Shown here piece after piece: positions 12,131 through 59,705 of a stretch of DNA of 64,000 bases; position 1 is the stretch's first letter; every line of letters starts with the position of its first letter. Below the pieces are notes generated by a model. It saw only the letters and a program-made list of their open reading frames with translations. It did no database searches and had not been told where the DNA came from. The stretch is from NCBI GenBank assembly GCA_964035545.1, contig OZ037766.1:21440767-21504766 (forward strand), in the 5' to 3' direction. Source of the DNA: Bugula neritina. Taxonomy: Eukaryota; Animalia; Bryozoa. The translations under genes and the position numbers were made by a program.

Positions 12131-14443
12131 AGCATAACAAAAAATATAGCACAGTTCCGTAACACCAACTAATGCACATATGTAATGTTGCAGTTTTATA
12201 TTAACTTGGAAAAGTTTTTTTGATCTTTGGCAGATATTTTGTTTGTTAAACTATTTTATTATTCGTAAAATTGAAGTGTGTCCATTTGATATTTTTGCTA
12301 CACCGTAAAGTTTGAATAATTACTCTTAAAATCATTTCATTTTAATAAAATATTAGAAAACTTATTACTGCCTATTAGTTCTGTTCAGAGTTTATTATAA
12401 AAGATCAATTTAATACACTGAAAAGACCAGCTAGAATAATAACAAATTAGAAAAATAAAAGACTCTCAAATACAAAGTACTTTTTGCACTCAACTAATCT
12501 AAAAATGTGAGTTCAATATGTTTGATGAAAAAATATAGATTAGGTTAATTAAAGTGTTTAAAATATATACATTATAATTTCACTGTGGTAACTAACTTTA
12601 GGTGAAAATACCTGTGCTCGAACTTGAGGTCCATATATAGACTTAAACTACTTGCATATAATTTAATTTGTAAGACATTGAGAATAGTTGAAATTCCTAG
12701 AGACACCTAAAGGCTAAAACAAGAATGAATGCATAATGTGGAAACTTATTTTATAGAGAATAGACTCTGCAGTTGTTGGCATGTGCTTGAAGCTTGGCAT
12801 CGTATAGAGGTAGTACAGTAGCTAATCAACTGCAGCTAGACACTCAGTTAGACACTCTAAATCTAAACAACCACATTGATAGTATAGGATATTCTAATAA
12901 GCATATTTATTAAATTAATTAGAATTTACTGTAAATTTATTACCATTTAATCTTAAGTTTTATTGGTGGTGTATATTACTTTCTTACACCTATATCCCTC
13001 CCATGCACTTGCTTAAGCTGAGCATTATTTGGCTTAATGAATCTGTTAAAACTGCAGTATTTTCAGTGTTTTGCTATGCAACCCTATATAGCATTTGAAA
13101 ATAAATTTGTCTACAATTTTTTTACAATTTTGCATACAAATAATAGTCCTTGACAGGTCATTTTAAGAAGGGTTAAAATGGTTTCATCCCAAAGAGACAC
13201 GTCCCACTTTGACGTTTCCCAGTTAGACGCTATTTTTTATTTTGGTACAATATATATAGGAATATACCTATATAACTGTTGTATTGATTGCTGAACATGA
13301 AATAGTTAATATGAATTCAAATGATATGAAACAATATTTCAATGTTCATGGATTTGTGTGGAACAAAAAAGCCTTAACACGTTAATAATAGACATTATCT
13401 TTAATGAACACTTACTGTAATAATGAAATATTTTTTCAGACAACAAGAAGTCTAAAAATGCAAAAGTAATAAGAATATGCTTATCAAAGGAAATTATTTA
13501 TGTGCAAAATAATATACAATTGATCCTAACTTATTTAAATATACATATATTTCAATAATATTCAAATAAATTGCACATAAATATATATATTTTACCAAAA
13601 TACATAAAATAATTAATATCTTTTAACTAGGAAGCGTGATCTATGTGGGAAGCATCTATCGAGAGCGACACCATTAAATCTACTGGTGATATTTGACTGA
13701 AGCCTGAGTAAAAGAAGCTAACAATTTCTATAAACTCTGATATAATCCATGATTAAAAGGAATATATTGTTTTGTGTAGATTTAGTTAAAGGTTAGAATA
13801 TATTTAGTTTACAGATAATTTGTACTGAACCAGTTATAACTGTTTGCATTGCACACATCGGTGCACATTAGAACATTTCTATGAAACCTACTTTCAATCT
13901 ATTAGTAAGGATTTAAACATGATACATGTTTGGATGAACAGCTCAGCACATGTCTTTACAGCCCGAATGATAAGTTTGTGTTAGACATTCTGGTGACTAA
14001 ACCTACTACTGCTATAACTATTTAAATCTTCTGTTTTATTGCTGTTGGTTTGAAGAGAACTTGAAATTTTTTTAAAAAGACATCAAAATGTAGAGATAAT
14101 TTAGAAGTGCATGAACATACATTGTTGTATTTCCTGTAAAATATACTACCAATCTTTTATTAGGCCTATATATATAATGTAATTTGCACAGAGTTTATGT
14201 AATCATCAGCTGTAGTTATAATGACCTACAGCTGCATGTGTGCTGTGACTCCATAGTATATTAAGCTATACAAAAACTGCAATTCATATAATAAATCTTG
14301 TGAGCATAATTCAGGCAGGGATCAGAGGGACACAACTTCCAAACAAATTATTTGGCCATGCAAAGTTTTTGTAATATAAACCCACTTACGCTTATAGTCT
14401 TCATCTCTGATGGTAAGGATGGGAAAGAAAATATTTTTTTAGT

Positions 14444-14585
14444 ACACACACACACACACTGCACACTGCACACTGCACACTGCACACTGCACACTGCACA
14501 CTGCACACTGCACACTGCACGCGCACGCGCACGCGCACGCGCACGCGCACGCGCACACGCACACGCACACACACACACACACACA
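14444..14585. repeat. Compound microsatellite (CA)n-(CACACTG)n-(CACGCG)n-(CA)n
   Basis: Directly visible. Confidence 0.95.
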
Positions 14586-17100
14586 TGGCGCAAGCCATTT
14601 TAAGGGGTTTGGGGTTTGAGGTTTGAGCCTGAAACATATTAGGTACAACACATATTAGCCTATGCAATAAAACGGTTTTATTTTATTAAAAATTTTCATT
14701 CGGACCAATGAACCTTTAGACATATGAGTCTTTGGTATATATTGACTTGTCACCAGTAAGGGCTGCTCCTATCTTTCTATTATATATTGCTAAATCTAAA
14801 ATAGTTACAAAAGATATCAAGATATATTAAAACAACATACTTTTGTTCGTCAAGTATGGGTTGTGAAGTTGATGTAACTAGAAATAAGGATATGCAGGTT
14901 TTAACTCTAAGCTACAGAATTAGTTAATATTAGCATTGCTATTTTATTTGCATATATACCACTAATTAACATATTACTGTCTCTGCTAAAGCCGCTAGAT
15001 CATTTAATATATAGATGATCTTATAATCCATACTTTAGCCAAACCTTCCTTGGCTGTGTAATGTTAGAGATTAGGCCAAGCTCATCAACTTCTATTAAGG
15101 TTTTGATCAAAATCGGATGAACTGGTTGAATGGTTGCTCATGTAGACCACTTATTACTTACCCAGGTCCTTATTATCACTTTGTAGGTTTTAATTTCTAC
15201 CAATAATTAAACGCCTCAAACAAATTTATCTACTGTTTGTTACATTCTGGAACCAATTAGCTTCTATATAAGAACATGACCTGTGTGGTATTTGTTGGTA
15301 ATTTCTTAGACCCAAAGTGGTTGAGTCATAAGTTCATAGAGAGATTACAGTAATATAGGTGTTTAGCTGTTGACTTTCTTGTAGCTCCATATAAAGTAAT
15401 AACAGTGTAGCGTTTTATAGGTACACAGAGATTTAATGATATTGAGCTACGAGTACACTTCTGAAAGCAAAGTGTCAAATAAGTTGCTATTCACATGCTT
15501 ATAAGCATACTATAGGCTCTGGTTGTAGCCTTTGAACATTTTTATATAATACACACCAATTAAATATGGAGATGGTATGCACATTAATCGTGAGATTCAA
15601 CTTTGAGAGCTATAAATATGAACGGATATACTTTGATAAGAACTCCCAAATCACCATTTACAAGTAGATATGCTAACATCAAGCTAGCAACTTTCTCCAT
15701 TACAATTACTTTTTACAGGCTCAGATTATGCTTCAAAAACTGAATTTTTGCCATTCATCAACATAGACAGTTTAACTGTAATGTGTTTAACTAGTGAAAC
15801 GCTTGAAGGGTCTTCTTGTTGAACATAATTCACAATAAAAGTTGCTCAAGTTGTTAAATAACTATCATCTAATTAATTTTTGAATGCATTCTACATGACA
15901 CATGTCATACCATACATATTTGAATAGCAGAATTCCATAAATTCTGTATTCTTATTCTTATAGAATTGATTATGTATTCTAGCAATAGGCCTACACAGCC
16001 TAGCATTGTTTCAGTGTGTATTTATAGAAAAAAAGTATACAACTGGTTTAATGGCAGTAAAAAAATGTTTTTTAAATTGTTCTGTCTAAAACAAAGATTT
16101 ACTGTAAGTAGAAGTATTTCCGTTGCTCATAGAATTGTTGCGGCTTTGCCAATTAAATATGTATTCATCATAATCACCATTATGTTAATATAGAAATTAT
16201 ATAATCTTTACCAATGATTAAGGAGTTACCTGGGCCAATTTAAATAATTTATTAATTTGTAAATTTGCTAACATGAAGCCTTAACTATGTATAGGTCTGT
16301 TTTGCTTGAGCTTCTCAATTATTTGCATCTGAATTTTCAAAATCGTTATAAAGAACTTCAAACCTCCAACTTCTGCACCTATCTTACTATCGTACATAGA
16401 AGCCTCTTTGCCAATTGAATATTGTTATTTTATTATAGATTATAATCACTTTTAACTATATTATTTAGTATAATATCATGTCATTATTCTGGAATGTATA
16501 CATGAATGCATATTCAAGATAATGGCCAGGTTGCTAAATGATTAGGCACCCCGGCTGGTGTCTTTTTCTTTTACCCATTTACCACAGCAGGTGCAGCAAT
16601 ACATGCTGTGTTGTTGCATATTGTATAATTATCTCACTCAAGCCCTCTCCCTCCCTGGTTTGTGCAAGATCAAAGGAAGTTTGTGAATAATAAGAAATAA
16701 TGATAATTATCATATTTAACCTGCACTGCAGGTAGCTTTGCATTTTATCGCAGCATTCCTTCACTTGAGAGTAATATAATTGGCACTCTTGAGCAAAATT
16801 TTACTAGAAATTTTACAGTGACTCAGTTTCTAAAGCGTAGTTGCAGCAACTTCAAAAGTTCAATTGATTTTTGAAGGCCTGAAAATAAGTTTAAGTTTGG
16901 AATGCTTCTTTTCATGTGTCAAGTTATTTCACACATTTTTTCACATTTCAAAAAAATTTATTTTCTGGCAGCATAACTTTGACCAATTAAATGTAAACAT
17001 AGTATGAGGTTTGCCTAGTCTAGCTAAATAACTATAATTTAGTGTTTTGCAATAGACAAGCATTTTCTTAATATATGATTATGATTCTATAAAACTTTTG

Positions 17101-17169
17101 CCTCCACTGCAGGAATTCGAACCCAAACCCCCCCCCCCTTGCAAGCTGCTCGCTAACCATCACACTACA
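17101..17169 (-). mobile_element. tRNA-derived SINE head (Pol III A and B boxes)
   Basis: Minus strand reads tgTAGTGTGATGGttagcgagc...gGGTTCGAATTCCtgcagtggagg. A G-run replaces the variable region and there is no intact cloverleaf. Confidence 0.55.
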
Positions 17170-20100
17170 AGATTCACTGGGCAATCTCAACACTGCAGAT
17201 TCCTCTGAAAACAATAAGAGATCTAAACAGATTAGTAGGAACAGTGAGTTATGAAACTTTTGACAACTTCACCATGGGTTATAAAACCGCCTCCTATCAC
17301 AAAAATTCCCATGAGCCCCACTAACTTAATTTCAGGCATAAATGTCAGAACAGTAATTGTTGAAATCTTAGTAGTTGCCAAAAAAACGCTAAACTAGCTC
17401 ATAAATTTTCTGATAGATTTTACCAACGAACTTGTATTAAAATATATTGCTTTTAACAAGTGTGTGCTATTTCTAAATTACCTAGACTTTATTTGATAAT
17501 AATTGAAAAATGCCATTGAATTATTTTTATATATTGGTTTTATAATGTTGCTTGTATTTATCAATAAGATTAATATATCTTCTTTTATTTTAGCTTTGTT
17601 TTGCAAACTGGTCCTTAATGTCTCAGTAACTTTAAAAAAAGTGAATATTCAGTTTTTGTGTCCGAAGCTTTCCTAGCTGGTTTTAGCAGCCATAAAAAAC
17701 ATTATCATTTAGCATACAAAATAATAGTAAGATTTTTATAATACGCAGTCTACTTGCTTGATAAGCAGGATAGCTTTATTGTTTAATAGTCGTAAATAAA
17801 ATATCAATCTTCATGCAGATTGTCTTTAATATTAATTCAAAGTTGAAAAATTCATGTAATTTTCTATCAGCAGATTATACTAATCTGCAAAACAGAATCT
17901 CATCCGGCTATAGCACATCTAACCAATCGTTGAAAAGTAACTCAAGAAACAAAAACATAATAATCTTTATTTATTGTTTTATAGACTTTAGACCACACAT
18001 TGTCTGCCCAATTCATGAAAGAATTAATATAATCAATCAAGCTTCAAATACTTTTTCTAGCAATAATTAGTCTTTTCTTGGATTAAGAAGCTACCCAAAA
18101 CATAGTCCAGACACATTATCTGTGGTTGATCTGTAGGGCAATGACCTAAAAAGAACTCCGAGTTATTAGTTAACCCTCAAGTTACTCAGTAAGAAACTGA
18201 TAACAGTGGCAGGTACAAAGAATTTTAAGAAGCTGGTGCTCTAGATAGAAACAAGTTATTCAAAGTGACATGATGTGATCTCCAATGTAGACTCCAAACT
18301 AAAACTCATGAAGATAATCAAACATCTCTCTCAAAAACATTCTGGTATAGCCAATCACCATCTTACGATTATGCACAAAAGCTTTTGTGAAGAAAAACTT
18401 ATAGCTACATTGAGAAAAAAATGTTCTACGGATTCAACTCTTTAACATCTGAGAAAAATATTTCTGTAGCAGTAGTGGTACATTTTCTCCAAGCTTAATG
18501 AAGTAAATTTAGAAATTAAATATACGAGGTAATCACCTCCATTAGATATTGCATTTCTTGTGTTTTCTATGCTAGTCTCACTTTAGTATGTTTCAATCAC
18601 TGGCTTAAATTTCTACATTCATGTTACATGTGACTATTTAAACTGTAGAAATACTAGCTTAAAGATTAACTGGTTGCTAAAACTAGTCATGTCATTATCT
18701 TCCATCTAAGTTCCTAATATTGAAATATGTTTTACTTCTGCACAGGTAGTCCTGCAACCAATACAGTTGAATTTATACAACTATCATGGCTTACTTTTTC
18801 AAGTATAAATGATACTCAATTAGGAAATCCACCGTTTTAGTTACACATTTCTTTTAGATTTTAGCTGTCAGTATACTATATTTTGCTAATTGAAACTAAT
18901 TGAACTTGCCTTCAGCAGATGTGGACTAACCTAGATAGTGTTTTTCAAAAATCTTTGATGCCACTATTCTCCTTTTTATCATCCTGGGTTACAAATGCCA
19001 TGATGGCAGGTGTGAAAAGTTTGCCGTGACACAGTCTGAACTCTAGTTTGTAAATAATAGTGACATGTGGCACAGAATATAATGAAAAGTTTTCTATTCA
19101 TATAGTGGACCAAATATGAAGGTGATCATGCAAATAATTTGGTTACAGGTAAAATGCTTCTTTAATTCAAATGTTTTCTTTTGGCATCTAATGATCACAT
19201 TATATTCCTGGTATATTACTAAAAAGTTCATTTGTTACAAAACTGACACTGTGAGAAGCATGTGATAAAAATATTATACACAAAAACATCATCATTTCCG
19301 CTACCTTCGCAGTGAGACTTTCATATTTATCACTGCGTGTCAAACAAACTTGCGTGATGAATAGGTCTTGGCGATCAGAGCAAAATTACCATATCCTGCT
19401 GAAATTCTAGAATATATAAATAGGCTACTCATTGTGCTACAGACCTTCTCAACATCTAGTATAATGTTGACAGCTGATTTAAACATGGAAAACTCATCTC
19501 GTCTTGCAGTGTTTAGATATGATAATTCATTCAACTTTTTTGGCCTTCATTGACTAGTTTGACACTCAATTTCTTTTAAAAAGCTATAACTTATATACAC
19601 AATCTAGAGCTTAAATTTTGCAGACTTGTACAAGTTTCCACTGACACTTGAATTTTTAAATATTTGAGTTTTTGTGTAATAGAATGATCCCGTTTCCTTA
19701 GCAAAGCCTGGAAAAAATAAAAGCAATAACCATCTTGTTAATTCAAACGTATTTCTAAAATATGTCGTATGAATGAACTCCATCTAAACTAGTCTCCCAA
19801 CTGGCTACTTCTAACACTTTCATTTGGTATGTGTGTGTCTGTATACTATTTAGTGTTGAATCGATTAATAACGAATTATGTCAATTTTAAATCAAGCTAG
19901 TTTGGACCATCTGCATTTTGACATTTCCATGAAAAGCATGGCTGTTAAAACTAGTTGACGAAAACAGACAAGCACATTGAAAAAGTTAAACGAGCATTTT
20001 CTTGCTGCTAAAATGTCTGGTATTAACTAGGGAAAGTAAAACTTTCTGTTTGACAGTCTCTAATTTTTATGTGTGCAGTAAGTCTTGAAAAAGTGGGCTT

Positions 20101-23100
20101 GTTTTTTACCAAATTTATTTTTAGGTATAAAAAAAGAAATGAAATATACTTCAAAACCTATTTTCATGACATGTTCTTCAGAACTATAAATTTATTATGT
20201 TTTTTTAAATTATTTAAATACCTTAATGAGTGAAAAAATATTTTTATGGCCAATAGCAGTTAGTCACTCTCTTACTTTGACACGGTATAGATATTAATCA
20301 TCGGGTATCATATATAATAATATATCATGATATACAATATCATGAAATAATTAGTATAATAGCAAAGTGAAAAATAATATATACTTGGTATGAAAATTGC
20401 CAGCATTTTTTTAAAATCATTCAAAAGTCTTCAGTCCAAACACACTACAGTTGAATATGTCTTGAAAAAACAGGCTAATGTTGCAGTGTAGCTCAAACTT
20501 ACTCTATATAAAGTCTAAACTACCTACAGTTACCAGCTTGTGGATTATTCCACTCTATATATCCATACACTTATATTATAATTATATTGTCATATACATT
20601 AACTTTGAAAGTAGCGAAATCTATAGAGGAATGAAGAACTGGAAGAAATACGAACAATTTGTAGTTCTAGAATCTAGTGCATCTAATTGTAGCCTGGAAA
20701 GCCATATATAACGTGTCTTTTCCACAGTCTTTTGTAAGGAAGCTTTACTGTTTCAATATTACAGGTAGCTAAAGAGCAACACAAAGACCTGTGGAATTGA
20801 TCATAATTGAAGCATTCTTTTATAACCAGATCAACTGTATTATTACTTATTGATGAACTTACAAGTTAACTTGTCCAATACCATTACACAGCTGTCCTGA
20901 TCTTTATCCAGACACCTGATATCAGATGCTGACACTGTAATAGTTGGAGTTGTCTGTTCTAACTGTGTTGATAGAGTTACTTGATGCAAGAAGAATTTTA
21001 ATGCTCAGGTGAATATGAAAGAAGTGAGAAGTGCAGTACTAAACGTGCCCAAGATCTAAAGTCACTTATCACAATACTATATCAAGAAAAGTATGAATGA
21101 AGTTGATATAAATATATCAATTCAAAATCTTACCATATACATCCATAGGTTGTTAGTCAGGGACCTTCATTTGAAAGTAATGACTAAACTGTTGAATCAT
21201 ACATGATTTGAAGCACATTATGTTGCTTCTTTGGTGCGGAAGTACTTACTTGATACTAACAATAAAAAGACGGGTGTCTCAACAAAGTATTCTCCTAAAG
21301 TGTTAAATTGCATAGAGGTCAGTCTAACAATTTATGTGTAGCTCAGTCTAGCTAACTATATTTGAATAAACTACATTTTTGATCTTTTCTAAATCAGCAA
21401 TATATAATTGTTGTGGTTAAATTGTTTTAATGAATGAGCATATGGAATTAGCTAAACAGTATTATTTCTGTTTTGTCATTATATTATGTTGTTTATCAAA
21501 TAAAAAAATAAATCATATTTTATAATAAATTTAGTTGACTTTCTGTTGAACTGAAAAGAAAGGAAGGTCAATTTAACTGATTCCTGTTATTATAAAGCTA
21601 AGTTTAAAATGAAAGAGATATTTGAGATAGTTTCCCTGCCATTACATTATTCAGAGTAAGTAGATTGAATAGTTCACACTTTGAAGTCTACCAAACAATG
21701 TAATAAAATATATTCATCTCATAATAGAATATACTTTATTGATTATTAATATTATAGCCAATTGCCAATTTATGTGTTTTTATGTCTCATATTATTACAA
21801 TCTTGCTATAGATCAAAAGAATGAAAAGTACCACTGCCCAATAACATTATGAAATTGGGCGAGAATTGAAAAGTAGGTTGCATAGTTTATGAAAGTAAAA
21901 ACTATATTAGAAATTATGAAAGTATATCGTTTTTTTCTCAGCTGTTACATTTTAGGTATCGGGATTGGAGATGCTGATTCTAAGAACCACAAAAGAGAAT
22001 TTAATATTATTGGTGGCTTCCAAAACCGTGAAACCTACAGACACTTCTCCAATATAGTATGGCTTCCTATTGATTAAATCTTGCTATACAGCTTGTTTTA
22101 GACATTATTTTGACAGAATATTATGCTGTACAACATGATTTACATGCGACATGTGACATGAGACATGAGACTCAATATTTAGCTAATGTATGCAGCAGCC
22201 AGCTGGCTATATGTCCAAAGAATTTGCAAGGAATGTCTAGACATTGAGAAAATATGTTAGCTTTTATGCAAAAAGTAATCAAAAACAAGTTTAGGTCTCA
22301 TAAAATCTAGAATTTTGAATATGCCTTCTATTTACATGAAGGCAGAAAATAAGCAAAAACCACATTTATTGGTGACAGTTGTACAACTGATCTAAATAAA
22401 ATGCTTCCTTTAGACAAGGATCAGCTTAAAAGATATAGGACATGACATTAGAATGAGATAAAAATAGACTAGAAATTCGTCTATTCTACCTACCTGCTCC
22501 CCGACTTTTAAACATTAGTTCAATTGTGGTCCGGTTTGAATTTCCCCAACACTGTATTTTTATACAATAGCTAAAATATATAATATGCAATGTATATGAA
22601 GATATAATCTTTTTATAGCTGCTGTAGATTGCTGCAACTACTTGTTGCAGTTGGCAACATTACTTATGACATGCAGGTATTGTCTACTAATCAACCCATC
22701 ACCCAATAATGTTGAAATAATTCGATTGATAAAAACCGCTGATAGCTATTGGGAAAGACAACTTATGGGAGGTTTGTGATGTCACAGCTTTCGTGGATAA
22801 AGTTTTTAAACGTTTAATAGCAATTCTTGCTATAAACTTGAGCCACTAAAATTAGTAGTCAAACTTTTATTATACCTTACTTTTTCCCCAGACCACTGGC
22901 TACACCAAGCATGAAAAAATGAATTATGCTGTAAGTTATAACATTGAGCTACTTAGTGAAGTTTGTCAAAACACAGCTCATCATGACTACTCTGGCTGAA
23001 ATTCTCCCCTGCATAGGAACATGGAAATACTTTACCTAACTGTTCGAACGAAATTTTGCTTGGCTTTAATATTGCATCCAATTAGTTTCTGCAATTAGAG

Positions 23101-23347
23101 TTTCTACATAATTATCAACCTTGTTTGGTTACTTCTCTTACAAATTTGTTCATAAATTGTTAGTTATAATATTATATTAAATTTATTTTGAAACAGCTAT
23201 GTCAACTATCTCATCTTTTTGGTATCATTTTCTTATTTGAGAATAACCACTTTCCAATACTAAAGAATCATGGAAATAGCCAAGTGGGAATTTATTGTGC
23301 CAAACTGGAGCAGCTATCAGGTTTTAGGCTGCTTTGACCACATAGAA

Positions 23348-23582
23348 CAAGGGTTGGCAACTGGGGCCCCCGCAGGGCCACCTGTAACCCTTTGCCCATT
23401 TTCAGTAACCCTATTGATGCTCAAAGTAAGTAAAAATGTTATATGTATTCTGATTAGCACAGTATAGGTTTGGTGACAATTTGTTTATTATAATAAAATT
23501 CAATATGGGTACAATCATGTAGCCCTTCGTTTTGGTTAACTTCTGATCTTGGCCCTCATGCAAAAGGAGTTGCCCACCCCTG
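23348..23582. mobile_element. hAT-type MITE (Charlie-like)
   Basis: TIRs CAAGGGTTGGCAACT ... AGTTGCCCACCCCTG (13/15 match); 8-bp flanks acatagaa / atatagat resemble a degenerate hAT TSD. Confidence 0.7.
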
Positions 23583-24938
23583 ATATAGATACTGCAATGG
23601 AAGAACTCTGAATGATTACTTATAACAAAGCCATGATTTGCATTTAGTTTTTACTTAGCAAAACTAGCGTTGAGTTTTCTATAAATTTATATATAGTGTA
23701 GAACTCTGCACCGAGAAGATAATTCTTTGGGTGAACAAATGAACATAATTAAAGAAATGTTGAACTCTATGATATCAACAAAGTTATCTCAATTTACCTG
23801 TTTAAACTTTTACAGTATGTACAGCCTCAAAACTTAGCAGGAATTTGGTTTTGTTAGCTTTAGCTGAAAAAAGACAACTCCAAACTATAGTTTGTCACTA
23901 AAACTAGAGTTTTATATAGTAATATAAGAAAGTTGTTTCTTGCACTTGATTATAACTGGCTGCAGCCCATTAACCAAGTTCCAGAAAAACAGAGATATTG
24001 CTAAGTGCTGTTTAAACATAAACCACTGACTGTATAAGAAATATATTCTCGCTTGACAAGCTAGTCTGATAATTTGTGAAGTATTTGTGAAATATTGTAA
24101 GATCAGCAAGCAATAAGTGCTGGATTGGTATATTACATATTATGGGACTAGATTAATCATGGATGGCATTAAAAAACAAGTTTATTTTTTCTTGTGTTGA
24201 TATAAAAAAAGTAATAAAAATTAAAGAAAGTTAAAATAACTCCTAAAAACTTATGAATTAATAAAATAATTTTTGAAACCAATATAATATATTTAGAAAT
24301 TGCCCTTTCTCTAAATTCCTATGGAATACACTCAATATTGGCCACTGTTCGCAACCAAGTCAGCAAGGAAAACTTATTTATGAAAACTGGTTTATATTTA
24401 AGAATGATGTTCATCTAATTATTCACATTTTATTGAACACAACTATTTTATGGGTATTATTTTTAGGATTGGGATTTTTAAAAATAATAGGAGTTACATT
24501 CTCCCTTAAACTGTAGTTGTGGAAATGAAAAGTCTCAGAGTTTTTTAAGCTTATAAATCAGTTTAACATGTGCTTGGAGAGCCAATTCATTAATAGAACT
24601 GATGTTACTGAGACTTGTAAAATTAAAAAAAGCAGTGCAGCGTCCCCAGTCTGTAATTTTCACCTACTCATACAGTGCAATAGTTATAAAGCAGTTGTGA
24701 TGTATCCTGTTGAGTAATTGTAATGCCACCAGTTGCAACTTGTTTCCCTTCCCTACAAAAGTTAGGCTGGGAGGCTGTAAAAGTCAACAGGTGCTGCAGA
24801 TTCAATGAGCTTTTAAAACAGGAGCTGTTCGACATGATTCTCTCACAGTAGCAACCTAATTATGCATAAATGATGATCTCAACTCAACAATAGCGGCGCA
24901 ACAATAGGAATACAATTGTTCATAACCACTATAATGTA

Positions 24939-24950
24939 GGTCACATGACC
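24939..24950. promoter_or_regulatory. Extended E-box / CLEAR-like GGTCACATGACC upstream of PSKH1
   Basis: Near-palindromic motif inside a locally CpG-enriched patch (24890-24985), about 1 kb upstream of the ATG. Confidence 0.3.
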
Positions 24951-25985
24951 AAGTTCAAGTTAGCGCAGCGATCAATGCCACGAATAGAACATAAATATCC
25001 AATACTATTTTGAAAAGTTGTTACTAAAATACAATTTAATTGCTTTTAGATAAAATTTGCTTTATAGTTAGTTTGAACTTTTAAATGAAAACAAGCATCA
25101 AAATAATTGTTTTCATTTTTGGTGCGTATGTATACACTAAACAATAGATTGTAACGCTTCAATGAAAATGAACAGGTGCTTGTTAGTGCCCTTTACAACA
25201 CAATAGATAAGTTCAGTTATTATAATCCGTTGAAGCTACTCGCTGCTACTCTTCATCGTTTTAGTATCTAACTGACTAGGAACACACAGCTGTCATTTGC
25301 CGTTTCGGTACCATATTTTAATCATTATTAGCTAGATAAGTCTACATTGTTGCAGCCTAGGATATATTCACATTCGACTTGATATAGTTCTCATCTTCTT
25401 GTAATAATTATTGATATTTCGATCCAACAGAATCAAGATTAGACCCTTGTCATTGTGATAGGAATACTTTTGCTGGGTCAAGTAGTGAATCAAACTTAGT
25501 CGTATGTTTATGAATTTGACTTACAACTAGCAGCTGAAGAAGACATAATCATCGTATTTCCAGTAACTGAGTAAGTTTCTTTACAAGCCATTACTAATAC
25601 TCTAAGTATTAAATTTAATATAACTATTACTATTAGTATTGGTAGTTTTTGTTTTTCCACACACTCACTCTCAGTCTCAGTGCGAGTTTCACAACAGCTT
25701 TTTAATTTGCCGTTTAACTTGGAGTTGGTCACAGTGATGAGTGATGAGCAAAACTATGGTGTTGATTCACAGAGCAAACCATTGTTAATTTGTATTGACT
25801 TTAACTAGAGTACTGAGTAGTAGATTAAATCACTAATAAGTTATAAGTTTTATTTTAAAAAAACCCATATATTCTTTGCTTTATTCATAGAAAATGCATT
25901 ATTAAATGCAGTTGCCGTTGGAAACTAGTCAAACAACAATCACCATGACCATATCTTACACTCATATCATAGATCAATCTTCGCT

Positions 25986-29175
<3,190 letters not shown>

Positions 29176-29574
29176 TGCACAGTTGCTGCTATAACCTGCC
29201 TCCAAGAGGTGTGGTAAATGCGAACTTCAATCCTTTTCTCATGACGTTCTACATTAGACTATAAATCATATTTCCATGCTGTTTAAGCACAAAATATGAA
29301 AAAAATCTTGTTTATAGGTGCCTGTATTTTTGTTATATTTATTGTGTTTTTAACTTGTACTTTTTTATTGAAATATAAGAATAATAGTTCTAGTGATAAT
29401 TGCCAAAGCATTGTTCCCATATTGCGTTAGAATTTTTATAGTGCTTATGTGCATATTACAAGTTTTATATAAATGAAGCATTTCCTATTGATGTAAATTT
29501 TTGTAAGATACTTGTTATTATATTTGGTTCTACTGCCCTTAATAATAAGCACACATTTTTGTGATGGTCTTTTT

Positions 29575-29586
29575 AATAAATTTATT
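29575..29586. terminator. Back-to-back polyadenylation signals AATAAA (+, PSKH1) and TTTATT (-, DDX27)
   Basis: Perfect palindrome AATAAATTTATT, 400 nt after the PSKH1 stop and 110 nt after the DDX27 stop. Confidence 0.5.
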
Positions 29587-29696
29587 TATATATTTCAAAT
29601 TGATAACAAATTCAACATGCTTGAAATCTCATTAAATAGATTTTACAATAGACCAACCACCTGTCAAAAGTTACTGTTATCAACAAACACCTGACA

Positions 29697-59620
<29,924 letters not shown>

Positions 59621-59699
59621 GATAGTGTAAAATCAATACCCTGAAATAAAAAAAAATATGTGCTCAATCACGAAGCCAGAAAAGACTCACTTGGTAAAG

Positions 59700-59705
59700 C
59701 ACGTG
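59700..59705. promoter_or_regulatory. Canonical E-box CACGTG in the putative first (non-coding) exon of DDX27
   Basis: CACGTG lies about 10 nt upstream of the CAA|GTGAGT donor of the 50-nt 5'UTR intron (59690-59641). Confidence 0.45.

Noticed and set aside
14348-14667. ORFs with CV/AR/HT repeats
   Set aside because: They are translations of the compound microsatellite.
17101-17169. Possible tRNA gene
   Set aside because: A and B boxes are present but there is no consistent acceptor stem or cloverleaf; treated as a SINE head.
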